64,000 nt of DNA, from positions 3,712,001 to 3,776,000 of the forward strand of contig CAWIAD010000002.1 in the NCBI GenBank assembly GCA_963833985.1, read 5' to 3'. Below the pieces are notes generated by a model. The model searched no databases. It was not told where the DNA came from and was given only the letters and a program-made list of their open reading frames with translations. Made by a program: the position numbers and the translations under genes. This DNA comes from an uncultured Planctomycetaceae bacterium (GTDB lineage Bacteria > Planctomycetota > Planctomycetia > Isosphaerales > Isosphaeraceae). Of the stretch, positions 33,136 to 43,879 are shown in pieces. The first letter of the stretch is position 1. Each line of letters begins with the position of its first letter.

Positions 33136-33475
33136 GGATAAATCTCCGGAACCTGAGTCTTTCCGGAATGAGTGCCTCGACGGAAGGCGATTGTTCGTTT
33201 TTTCTCGACGAACGCCGAATACTTGAAGGGTGCGCAGGGTGCCAGGCGGGGCCCACCCCGGACCCATTGCCGGCGAGCATGTTGCGCAAGGTCGTCCCGG
33301 GACCCGTTAGCGGGCTGGCAATGCCCCAGCACGCGTTGCCTTCGATCTGGCAACCTGCACCGAGTTTCCCGTTGCCGGGTCGTTCGAGGCAGCCCAAGTT
33401 GTTTATTAACATAGCTTTATGGTCAATACCGTTGAAATAGTGTTAACGAAAACGGGGCAAGAGGTTTGCAACAGA

Positions 33476-33566
33476 CTTGTTCCCACGCTCTGCGTGGGAA
33501 CACCGGTCGGGACGTTCTGCGTCCCATGGATTTCCCAGCTTCAGCACGGGCCCAATCGACGCGGAG
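33476..33566 (+). repeat. REP-like palindromic element, left half
   Basis: GTTCCCACGC-tct-GCGTGGGAAC and GGGACG-ttctg-CGTCCC hairpins; inverted partner at 35215-35258. Confidence 0.7.
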
Positions 33567-35214
33567 AGGCTGTGATTTTTTCGGAGATCCCCATTGTACT
33601 GAAAATGTGATCATGATATAATTCAGAACAGCGATGGCCCTCCGTCCTGCTGGCGTTTGCACCCACTCATCCCCGCGAGGCTCCCGTGACAATCCTCCCC
33701 CTGCTGCCGGACAACCTCCCCGAGCCCACCCCCGAGCAGGCCGCCAACACGCCCGGTCGGGGCAAACCCAGGCTTCGGGTCCCGCACCGCGATCAGGTTG
33801 AATTCACCTGGACCTCGCTCGACGATCGCCTCGATCCCGACTCTCAGGCCCGCGTCGTCTGGACCATGGTCTGCCGCCTGGACCACGACGCCTGGCTCGC
33901 CGACATCAAGGCCGTCGAGGGCCACGTCGGCCGCGACGCCACCGACCCCCGGTTGCTGGTCGCGCTCTGGGTGTTCGCCACCCTCAAGGGGGTCGGCAGT
34001 GCGCGCGAGCTGGAACGCCTCTGCAAGAACCACCTCGCCTACCAGTGGCTCTGCGGTGGCGTCTCGGTGAACTACCACATGCTCGCCGACTTCCGCTCCC
34101 AGGGAGGCGAGAAGTGGGACGAAATGCTCACCCAGATCGTCGCCACGCTCATGGACGAAGGCTTGGTCACCATGGAGCGGGTGGCCCAGGATGGCATGCG
34201 GGTGCGGGCCGACGCCGGTAAAAGTTCCTTCCGCAGTGGGGAGCGGCTCAAGGAGTTGCTGGCCGAGTCCGAAGCACAGGTCCAGGCGCTCAAAGAACTG
34301 GCTGAAACCAACCCTGACGAACTGTCGAAACGGCAGCGGGCCGCCTGCGCGCGTGCTGCGGCAGAGCGTCAAGCGCGGATCGAGGAGGCGGCACGCCATT
34401 GCGAGGAGTTGCGGCAGAAGAAAGAGAAAAGAAACAAGGGGAGAAAAGAGAAATCGTCCGAGGCGCGCGCGTCGACCACCGATCCGGAGGCGCGGAACAT
34501 CAACTTCAGCGACGGCGGCTATCGCCCCGCGTTCAACGTGCAGTTCGCCACCGACACGGCGACAGGCATCGTGGTGGGGGTGGACGTGACCAACGCCGGC
34601 ACCGACAGCGAGGAAATGCCGCCGATGCTCGATCAACTGGAGACGCGTTACAACGACGTGCCGGATGAGATGCTTGTCGATGGTGGGTTTGCATCTTTGG
34701 ACGCGATTGATGCGGTCGAGGAGCGTGGCTGCAAGGTGTATGCACCGATCAAGGACCAGGAGAAGCAGAAGGAGGCGGGCAAAGACCCGTACGCCCGCAA
34801 GCCGCACGACACGGACAACACTGCGGCGTGGCGGGAGCGGATGGGCACGGAGGCGGCGCAGTTGATCTACAAGCTGCGGGCCCAGACGGCGGAGTGGGTT
34901 AACGCGATGTGCCGTAATAGAGGGCTTTGGCGGATGCCGGTGCGTGGCCGGACAAAATGTCGGATCGTGGCGACGCTGTACGCGATCACGCATAATCTGA
35001 TGCACCAGGGGAACGTGCGCGCGGCGGTCGCGGAGGGGCAGGGATGAGGTAAAAAGGGGTAGAAAACAGGCAGCGGAGGGCATTTTCGAGCCTCGATAGC
35101 GGAGAGAACACCCACAGGTGACGTGATCGCAGGGGAACTACCGCGACCCCGACCCCTGATCAATCGACGCACGCCGATGGGAAAACCCGCCGTGCGGTCG
35201 AAAACTCACAGTCT
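33567..35214 (+). mobile_element. IS1182-family insertion sequence (about 1.65 kb)
   Basis: Imperfect terminal IRs AGGCTGTGATTTTTTCG / revcomp AGACTGTGAGTTTTCG; flanking direct repeat CGGAG at 33562-33566 and 35215-35219 (3-5 bp depending on end placement); single transposase. Confidence 0.85.
33686..35047 (+). CDS. IS1182-family transposase
   Basis: GRDATDPRLLVALWVFATLKGVGSARELERLC..AYQWLCGG..NYHMLADFR (DUF772-like), VAQDGMRVRADA, STTDPEAR, FNVQFATD, LVDGGF, YKLRAQTAEWVNA. Confidence 0.88.
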   Translation: MTILPLLPDNLPEPTPEQAANTPGRGKPRLRVPHRDQVEFTWTSLDDRLDPDSQARVVWTMVCRLDHDAWLADIKAVEGHVGRDATDPRLLVALWVFATLKGVGSARELERLCKNHLAYQWLCGGVSVNYHMLADFRSQGGEKWDEMLTQIVATLMDEGLVTMERVAQDGMRVRADAGKSSFRSGERLKELLAESEAQVQALKELAETNPDELSKRQRAACARAAAERQARIEEAARHCEELRQKKEKRNKGRKEKSSEARASTTDPEARNINFSDGGYRPAFNVQFATDTATGIVVGVDVTNAGTDSEEMPPMLDQLETRYNDVPDEMLVDGGFASLDAIDAVEERGCKVYAPIKDQEKQKEAGKDPYARKPHDTDNTAAWRERMGTEAAQLIYKLRAQTAEWVNAMCRNRGLWRMPVRGRTKCRIVATLYAITHNLMHQGNVRAAVAEGQG

Positions 35215-35258
35215 CGGAGCGTCGCAGACGGCATTCCCACGCGGAACGTGGGAACGAG
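35215..35258 (-). repeat. REP-like palindromic element, right half
   Basis: Reverse complement CTCGTTCCCACGTTCCGCGTGGGAATGCCGTCTGCGACGCTCCG matches the element starting at 33476. Confidence 0.7.
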
Positions 35259-35528
35259 GGACAAACCTCTGCCTGCGCTCGACTTATCGCTATTTCAGCG
35301 GTATTCGGTTTTGGGTTGAATGAATGGGTGCTTTTCCAGAGGAAGAACCTGCCCGGTCCTTGACTGTCGCAGCACCTGGTAACCTGGGCTGGGCCCCGGG
35401 TGATGAGTTCTCGGCTGTGGCCCCGCGGCAAGAGCGCGCACAACGCTTCAGAACACGTTGCCATCGAAGGGGTGCATGGTTATACTCGTTGGTTCGCAAT
35501 CCTCGGTGAGCTGGGTGTCTGATCCGTC

Positions 35529-37015
35529 ATGTTCAACGATCTTCAACAACGTCTCTCCTCGGCCTTCAAGCGCTTCCGGGTCAGCGGCATTCTGACCGAG
35601 GCGAACATGAAGGAAGGTCTGCGCGAGGTCCGCACCGCGCTGCTCGAGGCCGACGTCAACTTCAAGGTCGTCCAGGAATTCATGGATCGGGTTTCCGCCA
35701 AGGCGGCGGGAACCAACCTGATCAAGGCAGTTCGGCCCGAGCAGCAGATCGTCCAGATCGTGCACGATGAGCTGATCGAGCCTCATGGGGCCCGTTGATC
35801 CGTCGATTCGCTTCGAGAAGTCCGGCGCCACGGTGCTGATGCTCTGCGGCTTGCAGGGGTCGGGCAAGACGACGACCTGCGGCAAGCTGGCCAAACTGCT
35901 GGCCGCTCAAGGGCGCAAGCCGATGCTCGTTGCGGCCGACTTGCAGCGCCCGGCGGCCATCGAGCAGCTCAGGGTGATTGGCGGGCAGCTCAACGTGCCG
36001 GTGTTCAGCCAGGAGCAGTCGACTCCCATCAAGGTTTGCCAGGAAGCCCTGGCGGAGGCGAACCGGCAGGGCTGCGACACGCTCATCCTCGACACGGCCG
36101 GCCGGCTGCACGTCGATGATGAGCTCATGAACGAACTGGTGCAGATTGAGAAGAAGGTCAAGCCGCACCAGGTCTTTTTCGTCTGCGACGCCATGACCGG
36201 CCAGGACGCCGTGGCCTCGGCCGAGGCGTTCAACGCCGCGCTCGAGCTCGATGGCGTGATCCTCACCAAGCTGGACGGCGATGCCCGCGGCGGAGCGGCG
36301 CTCTCGGTCCGCAAGGTGACCGGCGTGCCCGTCAAGTTCGTGGGCAAGGGCGAAAAGCTCGACAGGCTGGAGGCGTTCGAGCCGGAGCGGCTGGTCGGCC
36401 AGATGCTGGGCATGGGCGACATCGTCGACCTGGTGCGGACGGCCCAGCAGGTGGTTGATGAGGAAGAGGCCAAGCGGCAGCAGGAACGGCTGGCGAAGGG
36501 GAAGTTCGACCTCAACGACTTTCGCCAGCAGATCATCCAGATGAAGAAGATGGGCTCGGTTGGGGAGCTGCATGAGCAAGATCCCCGGGCTCAACGAGAT
36601 GTCTTCCGACCTCGGCGGCATCGACGCCGACAGCGAGATCAAGCGCATCCAGGGCATCATCGACAGCATGACCCAGCTGGAGCGCAGCCGTCCGGACCTG
36701 ATCGACATGTCGCGGAGGCGGCGGATCGCCGCGGGCGCGGGGGTCGATCCATCGGACGTCTCCGGGCTGGTCAAGCAGTTCGACGCCATGGCCGCCTTCG
36801 TCCGCTCGATGTCGCAGATGAGCATGCTGGAAAAGCTGCGTGCGCTCACGGGCCTGGGACGGGCGGCCGCCAGCAACCCTGGCGCCCGGCTGTTCGCGCC
36901 GAAGGTTGGCACGGGCAAGCGGCTGTCGCCCAAGGAACGTGAGAAGCTGCGAAAACAACGCGAGAAAGAAGAGCGCAAACGGCGCCGCGAGGAGCGAGGC
37001 CGACCGACCACATGA
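35529..37015 (+). CDS. ffh: Signal recognition particle protein Ffh; frameshifts near 35785 and 36570
   Basis: [79 protein letters not shown]. Confidence 0.95.
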
Positions 37016-37254
37016 GCGCCCGGCCCGCTCTGGCGTGACCCTGCCGGGTCACCACGACATCCCCGATCAAGGGCCGGTGACGGCTTGCCACCAGGGACCG
37101 CTGGCGGCGACCCGGCGTGATCGCGACATCACCGGCTGGCCGGTCACTGGCGGCCGGCAAACGAGTCTTGCTGATTTTCTGGAGTTGCGTCCGGGCCCGC
37201 CACGTTGGAATCGGGCCGGTAAGGTTCCTGGTTGATCTGAAGAGGAGAACGCGA

Positions 37255-37602
37255 GTGGTTCGATTACGAATGAAGTCCTTCGGGCGCAGGCACCGCCCCT
37301 TTTTCCGGATCTGCGCGATGGACTCGCGGACACCCCGCGACGGCCGTTCCATCGAGGAGCTGGGGCACTACGACCCCATGAATCCGAATGCCGAGACGCA
37401 GACGATCCTGAACATCGACCGGATCCGCTACTGGCTGGGTGTGGGCGCGCAGCCTTCGCACAAGGTCCAGGCGCTGCTGAACCGGCACGGCGTGAAGAAA
37501 CCGGCGCCCGGCGAACCCTGGCAGCTGCCCAGGCCCGTTGCGGTCGAGCCGCCCCCGGCCACCGCACCGCAGCCCGAGGCGGCCATGCCGCAGCCTTCCT
37601 GA
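37255..37602 (+). CDS. rpsP: 30S ribosomal protein S16
   Basis: VRLRMKSFGRRHRPFFRICAMDSRTPRDGRSIEELGHYDP; GAGGAG Shine-Dalgarno before the GTG. Confidence 0.95.
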   Translation: MVRLRMKSFGRRHRPFFRICAMDSRTPRDGRSIEELGHYDPMNPNAETQTILNIDRIRYWLGVGAQPSHKVQALLNRHGVKKPAPGEPWQLPRPVAVEPPPATAPQPEAAMPQPS

Positions 37603-37618
37603 GCGAAAGTGGTCCGCC

Positions 37619-38302
37619 ATGGACGTGCCGTCGCTCCGCATCGATGTGCTCACGCTCTTTCCAGCGCTCTTTGATGGCTTCCTGAGTCAGAGCATCGTGC
37701 GGCGGGCGATCGACAAGGACCTGGTGGCCATCCATTGCTGGGACCTCCGCGAGTGGGCCCCCGGCAGGCACAGGCAGGTGGACGACCGCCCCTTCGGCGG
37801 AGGGCCGGGCATGGTCCTCATGGCCCCTGTTGTCGTGGCCGCGGCCGAAGCCGTGCAGGCGCGGGCCGAGCCGCCCGGAACGCTGATCATGCTCTCGCCG
37901 CAAGGCCCGCGTCTCGATCAACGCCGGGTCGTCGAGCTGTCTGGCCGGCAGCGGCTGGTCCTGCTCTGCGGGCGGTACGAGGGGTTCGACGAGCGCATTG
38001 TCGAGGTCCTCGAACCGGAACTGCTCTCGATCGGCGATTTCGTCGTCTCCGGAGGTGAGGTCGCAGCCATGGTGGTCATCGACGCAGTGGTCCGGCTGGT
38101 CCCCGGAGTCCTGGGAGACGCGCAGAGCGCGGTCGATGAATCGTTCGGTCCTGATGGCGGCCTGGAGTATCCACAGTACACGCGGCCCCGCGAGTTCCGG
38201 GGCAGAAACGTGCCCGAGGTGCTCTTGAGCGGCGACCACGCCGCCATCGCCCGCTGGCGTACGCAGCACCGCCGTCCTTCGCCTCATCTGGATTGCCACT
38301 GA
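37619..38302 (+). CDS. trmD: tRNA (guanine37-N1)-methyltransferase
   Basis: DVLTLFP, VDDRPFGGGPGMVL, LCGRYEGFDER, SIGDFVVSGGE, LEYPQYTRP. Confidence 0.96.
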   Translation: MDVPSLRIDVLTLFPALFDGFLSQSIVRRAIDKDLVAIHCWDLREWAPGRHRQVDDRPFGGGPGMVLMAPVVVAAAEAVQARAEPPGTLIMLSPQGPRLDQRRVVELSGRQRLVLLCGRYEGFDERIVEVLEPELLSIGDFVVSGGEVAAMVVIDAVVRLVPGVLGDAQSAVDESFGPDGGLEYPQYTRPREFRGRNVPEVLLSGDHAAIARWRTQHRRPSPHLDCH

Positions 38303-38372
38303 GCCGGCTCGCCTGACCATCAGGCCCAGAACACCCTCTACAGAACTTCGATCTGAACGAAAGGAAATCCCG

Positions 38373-38834
38373 ATGCAGAATCGCTTGATGAGCATGGTCG
38401 AGCAAGGCAGCATGAAAACCGCGGTGCCGAAGTTCGACATCGGCGACACGGTGGACGTGCACGTGCGCATCCTGGAAGGTGACAAGGAGCGGATCCAGAT
38501 CTTCAACGGCGTGGTCATCGCCCGCTCGGGAGGTGGTACCCGCGAGATGTTCGTGGTGCGCCGGATCGTGCAAGGCGAGGGCGTGGAGCGTAAGTTTCCG
38601 CTCCACTCGCCACGCATCGCCGACATCGTGGTCAAGCGGTCGGGCAAGGTGCGCCGAGCCAAGCTGTACTTCCTGCGCGAGCGGTCGGGCAAGTCGGTCC
38701 GCCTCAAGGAGCGGTTCACGACGAGCGCCGCGGTGACCGAGGCCAAGGCTGCCGCCAAGGCTGAACGGAAGGCCGCAAAGGTGGCGAGTCGAAAAGCCAA
38801 GGCAGAGGCCACGGCCGCAGCACGGTCAAAGTGA
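38373..38834 (+). CDS. rplS: 50S ribosomal protein L19
   Basis: PKFDIGDTVDVHVRILEGDKERIQIFNGVVI, GEGVERKFPLHSP, GKVRRAKLYFLR. Confidence 0.96.
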   Translation: MQNRLMSMVEQGSMKTAVPKFDIGDTVDVHVRILEGDKERIQIFNGVVIARSGGGTREMFVVRRIVQGEGVERKFPLHSPRIADIVVKRSGKVRRAKLYFLRERSGKSVRLKERFTTSAAVTEAKAAAKAERKAAKVASRKAKAEATAAARSK

Positions 38835-38841
38835 CCTTGGC

Positions 38842-40312
38842 TCAGTCGTGAGCCGCGCGGAACTTTCGACCCGGCCCGCCGGTCGTCCTCGACAGGTCCC
38901 GAAAAGGACTCGCCGCGAATACTCCGGACCGGACGGCCAATGCAATGAGTCTCACGGCTCGACGGGAAACTCGAGCCCGGCGCGGGTGTCGGCCGTGGAC
39001 GGCTGCACAGCAGGCTGCGCAGGGCAGCGTGATGGTAATGGCCAGTCCCGGACCGGCGTTACGGGCCTCGATCTTACCCTGGTGAACCTCGACGGCCCGG
39101 CGCGCGATGGCCAGGCCCAGGCCGACTCCTCCGCTGGCCCGGCTGCGGTCGTTCTCCACCCGGAAAAATGGCTTGAAGATGGCGGCGAGGTGTTGCTGCG
39201 GCACGCCTGGTCCATGATCGCGGACCGACACCGTGGCGAGGCCGCCACTGAGGCTCAGCGCGATGTCCACGGCCGCGCCCTCCGGTGAATGTCGGATCGC
39301 GTTACGGACGACGTTCTCCACGGCGCGATGCAGCAGCTCCTGTTCTCCGGTGAGCGTGGCGGGCTCCAGCTCCTGAATCCGCAGATGGCAGCCGCGTGTC
39401 GCCGCCTCGAGATTGCAGGTGGCGACGATCTCCTGTACCAGGAGATGCAGTCCGACGCGACCACGCGTGCCGGCCGACGGGTCGCCTTCGATGCGAGTGA
39501 GCTGGAGTAACTCCCCGACGAGCGAGGTCATGCGCTCGGCCTCCTTGCGCACGCGTGCCAGGGCTTCATCACGCTCTTCGTCCTCGCGTGCCAGCTCAAC
39601 CGCGAAGCTGAGGCGTGCCAGGGGCGAGCGCAGCTCGTGCGACACGTCCTGGAGCAATCGGCGCTCGGCCGCCAGCAGGGTCTCGATACGGTCGGCCATC
39701 TCGTCGAACGCCCGCGCCAGCTCGCCGATCTCGTCCTGACGCGCGGAGCCGGAACGCGCCGCAAGCTCGCCCTTGCCAAATCGCTCGACCACCTGCCGCA
39801 GCTTTCGTAGGGGTGCCGCCAGGTGGAGCGCGAGAATTGTGGCCATGCCGGCAATGACCAGCACCACCGCTCCCAGGTAAGGGAAAATGCTCGGCGGCTG
39901 CCACCAGGGCCGCACGAGAGTGATGAATCGGTAGGGGCTGCCCCGCGAGGGACCCATCATGATCATCCGGCCGTCGTCCATGCGAGGCGGGCCGGTACCC
40001 GGAACAGGCGGTTGCAACAGCTCGGAGTGGTCTTCCCCGGTGACCAGATCGCGGCCGCGGGAGTTCAAGAGGATGTGCTTGCCCGGCAGGTAGGAATCCA
40101 GCCGGTGGAGATGTTCGGACAGGCGCTGCGGTCCCCCTTCCTCGTAAGCGCGGCGGACCTCGTCCTCGACCATCAAACTCATGCGGAAGAACGGGTCATT
40201 GTCTCTCGGCCCGCGCCGACTCGAGGGTGCGCGAGATGAAACGGTAGGCGAGCAGCGAAAGGACACACGTGACGAGCGACCAGATCAGGATCTTCGCCAG
40301 GATTGAGCGCAT
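38842..40312 (-). CDS. HAMP-domain sensor histidine kinase (CpxA-like); frameshift near 40215, C-terminus uncertain (possibly ends 38952)
   Basis: TM1 MRSILAKILIWSLVTCVLSLL in a shifted frame; HAMP DEIGELARAFDEMADRI; H-box DVSHELRSPLARL; NVVRNAIRHS, DHGPGV, GVGLGLAI. Confidence 0.88.
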
Positions 40313-40313
40313 C

Positions 40314-41042
40314 TCAGGAATCCTGATCGGCCTGGCGAGTGGTCCGGAAAAGGTAGCCCACGCCGCGAACCGTGTGGATCAACGAGCCCAGGCTACCCAG
40401 TTTCTTCCTCAGGTTGCTGATATGCATGTCGAGCACGCGATCGAAGGGCGTGGCCTGACGCCGGTAGAGCGCCGCGGTGAGCTCGTCACGCGAGACGATC
40501 CTTCCCGAGGCCCGCACCAGGTACTCCAGGATGTCGTACTCGACCGTGGTGACCGCAAGCGGCGATCCGTCGCAGATCACCTCGCGCACCTTGGTGATGA
40601 GTTTGATTCCACCTTCCTCCATGACCTCCGTTCCACTGGGCGGACGGCTGGTGCGGCGCAGCACCGCCCGGATCCGGGCGAGAAGCTCGTCAGGACCGAA
40701 CGGCTTGGGCAGGTAGTCATCGGCGCCGGCGTCCAGACCACAGATCCGGTCGGACTCGGCCGTGCGGGCCGTGAGCATGATCACCGGGACCTGGCTCTGC
40801 CTGCGGAGTTGCCGCAGCAGCTCGAAGCCGTCCAGGCCCGGCATCATGACGTCCAGCAGGAGCAGGGTGTGGCCGCCGGTCAGTGCCCGCGCCAGGCCTC
40901 GCCGCCCGTCGTGAACCACTTCCAGATCGACGCTCCGCCGGGTGAAGAAGCGCTGCATCAGCTCACAGAGCTCGATGTCGTCATCAACCAGCAGGATCCT
41001 GATCTGTGCGGCGGTGGAGACGCCCGCGGAAAACTGGCTCAT
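40314..41042 (-). CDS. OmpR/CpxR-family response regulator
   Basis: ILLVDDD, LLDVMMPGLDG, VIMLTAR, GADDYLPKPF, DRVLDMHISNLRKKL, TVRGVGY. Confidence 0.92.
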   Translation of the reverse strand: MSQFSAGVSTAAQIRILLVDDDIELCELMQRFFTRRSVDLEVVHDGRRGLARALTGGHTLLLLDVMMPGLDGFELLRQLRRQSQVPVIMLTARTAESDRICGLDAGADDYLPKPFGPDELLARIRAVLRRTSRPPSGTEVMEEGGIKLITKVREVICDGSPLAVTTVEYDILEYLVRASGRIVSRDELTAALYRRQATPFDRVLDMHISNLRKKLGSLGSLIHTVRGVGYLFRTTRQADQDS

Positions 41043-42203
41043 TGGGGATCTTGGGGCATGGGCTCGAAATCGAGGCCAGGGTCGGACTCGAGCTCCGCGC
41101 CGCGCTCGCTGCTTGGTCTGTGCCTTGGTCCGGGCGCCCGTGCGGTTGCTGCGCATCGCGTTGGGAGCACCGGGACGGAGCAAGGCCGTATCGAATGGCT
41201 TGCCCTTCAGCTTCGCGAAGGCCGCTTTCTGCTCGGTGGTGAGCACGTCGGTCAGCTGCGAGGTCGCGGTGGTCCGGATCTTGTCCATGGCCTGGCGCAT
41301 CTTCTCAAACTGGGCGCGGAACTGGTCGTTGCCGCCGGGAGGGCCGCCTCCACCCTGGAAACCACCGGGAGGGCCGCCTCCACCCTGGAAACCACCGGGA
41401 GGGCCGCCTCCACCCTGGAAACCACCGGGAGGGCCGCCTCCACCCTGGAAACCACCGGGAGGGCCGCCGCCTCCCTGGAAACCGCCCTCCTCACCAGGAG
41501 CGCCGCCGGGAGGGCCGCCTCCACCCTGGAAGCCGCCGGGAGGGCCGCCTCCACCCTGGAAGCCGCCGGGAGGGCCGCCTCCCTGAATGCCATTTTCACC
41601 CGCCGCGCCACCCGGAGGGCCGCCGCCGGGCTGAGGGAACCCTTGCGGAGGGGCGGGCATGGCGGCACGTGTATCCGTTTGCATCTGGTTCACGATCGAC
41701 TTGACCTGTTCCGACTGTGCGGATGTCAGCTTGAGTTTCTTGGCGATTTCGGGTTTGCCGATGGCGAAGATTCCCTCGAGCTGAAGCTGGATCTCGCTGA
41801 CCCGCGTCTTCTGCTTGGGCTCCAGGATCTTGGCGATCGCGTCTTCCTGATCGCGCCTCAGCGCGTCCATGGACTTCATCATGCTCTGGAAGTCCCCGTT
41901 TTCCCGACGCGGTGAAGAGAAGGCCTGCCGGCGCTTCTGCGATACCGTGGCGTCCAGCTTCTTGAGCTGGGCCTTCTGCCGCTCGGTCAGACCAACCTCC
42001 TTCTGGATCGCGGGAGACATGACGAGCCAGGCACTACCTGATCCACCAGGACCACCGAAGCCTCCGGGACCACCGAAGCCTCCAGGGCCGCCAGGACCAG
42101 GCGGACCGCCGGGACCGCCGGGCGGACCCTGGGCGGTGGCGGGCCTTGCGAGCACCGCCAGCAGCAAAGCCATGGCTCCGATCGTGAAGTTCCTCCGCGA
42201 CAT
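41039..42203 (-). CDS. Exported Spy/CpxP-like (LTxxQ) protein with Gly/Pro low-complexity repeats
   Basis: Signal peptide MSRRNFTIGAMALLLAVLARPATA; LTERQK, LTSAQS, LTTEQK motifs; probable true stop TGA at 41039-41041 in a shifted frame overlapping the regulator ATG. Confidence 0.65.
41341..41580 (-). repeat. Coding tandem repeat, 30-bp unit encoding GGPPGGFQGG
   Basis: GGGCCGCCTCCACCCTGGAAACCACCGGGA x4 exact (41341-41460) plus about three variant copies. Confidence 0.95.
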
Positions 42204-42425
42204 GAGAATGCTCCTCAATGCTAGGTGTGGGAACCCGGGACCATGCTCAGCGCCGGGCGTCCGTTCCCGCATTCTACACGGAGCCCGTTCCGCCGACGTA
42301 AAAGAATGTAAAGAAGTGACCGCTCCGAACAGAGTGCGGACCCGGGACGTCCGCGGCCGGCGCGATCGCGCGGCTGGTCTTGCCCAGCAGCGATCTCGTC
42401 ACCCCCGCATGGGGTGCCGTTTTGC

Positions 42426-43702
42426 TCACGAACTCAGGCGGCGCTGCGCCTCGAGAGCGGAGAGATCAACGTGCGGCCGGGGGGGAACTGGATCGCGTGA
42501 GGTTGTGGTTGTGACCTCGTTCAGCAGACCCAGAATGCGGCCACGAAAGAGTGGCAGTGAAAAGCCTTCCGCGCGGTGGCGGGCATGGGCCGGATTGTGC
42601 GGGCAGCCGTCCGATTCCCACGCGCTGATCGCCGCTTCGAGAGCTGCGGCAGTGGGCTCGCCGTAGAGTCGGCCGCTCTGGCCGTCGACGGTCTCGACGG
42701 CTCCGCCCCGCGCCAGGGCCAGCACCGGGGCACCGCACGCCAGAGCCTCGACAGGCACGATGCCGAAATCTTCCTCACCCGGGAACAGCAAGGCCCGGCA
42801 ACGGCGGTAGTGGTCGCGAATCACCTCGTCGGACTGCCAGCCCAGGAACTGCACGGTTGGCCCGGCCAGGCGCTCGAGCCTTTCTCGTTCCGGTCCCGCG
42901 CCGATGACAACCAGTCTCCGCCCCAGGCGCGAACAGGCGGCCACGGCCTGGTCGACCCGTTTGTACGGGACCAGTGCCGAGACCACGAGGTAGTACTGGT
43001 CTCGGGTCTGAAAGTCCGCAGCCGGCGCGTAGAATCCGGTATCCACGGGCGGCGGAATCACCTGGCTCTCACGGTTGTAGCAGGTCGCAATCCGCTCGCG
43101 GATGGTCTGCGAGATCGCAACGAAATGAGTCACGCGGCGGGCGGTGTCGCGGTCCCACTCCCTGAGGCGGTCAAGCAATGCGCCGGCCAGCAGTCGCCGG
43201 ATTGGCCGGTTCGCCCAACCTTGCAGGTACGAATCGCGCCCCTGCCAGGCATAGCGCATCGGCGTGAAGCAATAACAGACATGGGGAACGCCCGGGGGTA
43301 CGCGGACGGCCTTGGCCACGCAATGGCTCAGGCTGACGACCAGGTCCACGTCTCTCGGCCGCCACGCACGTGCCGCCAGCGGCATGAGGGGCAGCATGTG
43401 CCGGTAATGGCGGAAAACTCCGGGCACGCGCTGGAGGGGCGAGGTCCGGATGGCCATCGACTCGATCGCCGGGGAGGTTGCGCCCTCGCGGTGGAGCAGT
43501 GTGTACAGGGTTGCGTTCGGGAAAGCCCGGCAGAGAACTTCCAGGCATTTCTCTCCCCGCGCATCCCCGTCAGCCAGTCGTGCACCAGGGCCACGCGGAG
43601 ATCCGATCGCTCGACCGCGGAGCCGCCTGCGTGCCGCTGCCCCTGAATTGTTGAAGCTGGATCTGCGACCAGCGCTCCCTGACGACGGATGCGGGCTTCC
43701 AT
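42426..43702 (-). CDS. Glycosyltransferase family 4; frameshift near 43555
   Basis: RVALVHDWLTGMRG(GEK), YCFTPMRYAW, SALVPYKRVD, EDFGIVPVEALACG. Start uncertain. Confidence 0.88.
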
Positions 43703-43815
43703 GCCGGCCTCCCCAGGAAAAGTTTGATGTGCGCGTGTCGTAGCAGCACGACGAGACGAGGTCAGCGCATCGGGATGATTTAGAGCGGTTTTCACTCGGA
43801 TCGCAGACTGAGACC

Positions 43816-43879
43816 GGGGGCAGGCATTCCTGCCTGCCGGAGCAGGCCTGTCCTGGCAGACAGGAATGTCTGCTCCCCC
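43816..43879. repeat. REP-like inverted repeat (second family)
   Basis: GGGGGCAGGCATTCCTGCCTGCC ... GGCAGACAGGAATGTCTGCTCCCCC; each arm is itself palindromic. Confidence 0.6.

Noticed and set aside
35260..35528. SRP RNA (ffs) or riboswitch upstream of ffh
   Set aside because: The conserved SRP domain IV motif (CAGG..GGAA..AGCAG) was not found by eye and no recognisable riboswitch is present.
35529..37015. ffh, hslU and aceA as pseudogenes or programmed frameshifts
   Set aside because: ffh is essential, sequence is conserved on both sides of each break, and breaks are scattered through the whole window, which fits sequencing error.
41341..41580. 30-bp repeats as a CRISPR array
   Set aside because: Head-to-tail with no spacers, unit length a multiple of 3, inside a coding region, and no cas genes.
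40314..42272. Apparent 652-aa fusion of an exported Gly/Pro protein to a response regulator
   Set aside because: A signal peptide is incompatible with a cytoplasmic regulator. A shifted frame gives ..ELESDPGLDFEPMPQDPQ* with TGA overlapping the regulator ATG (ATGA at 41039-41042), so it is likely an indel artefact.
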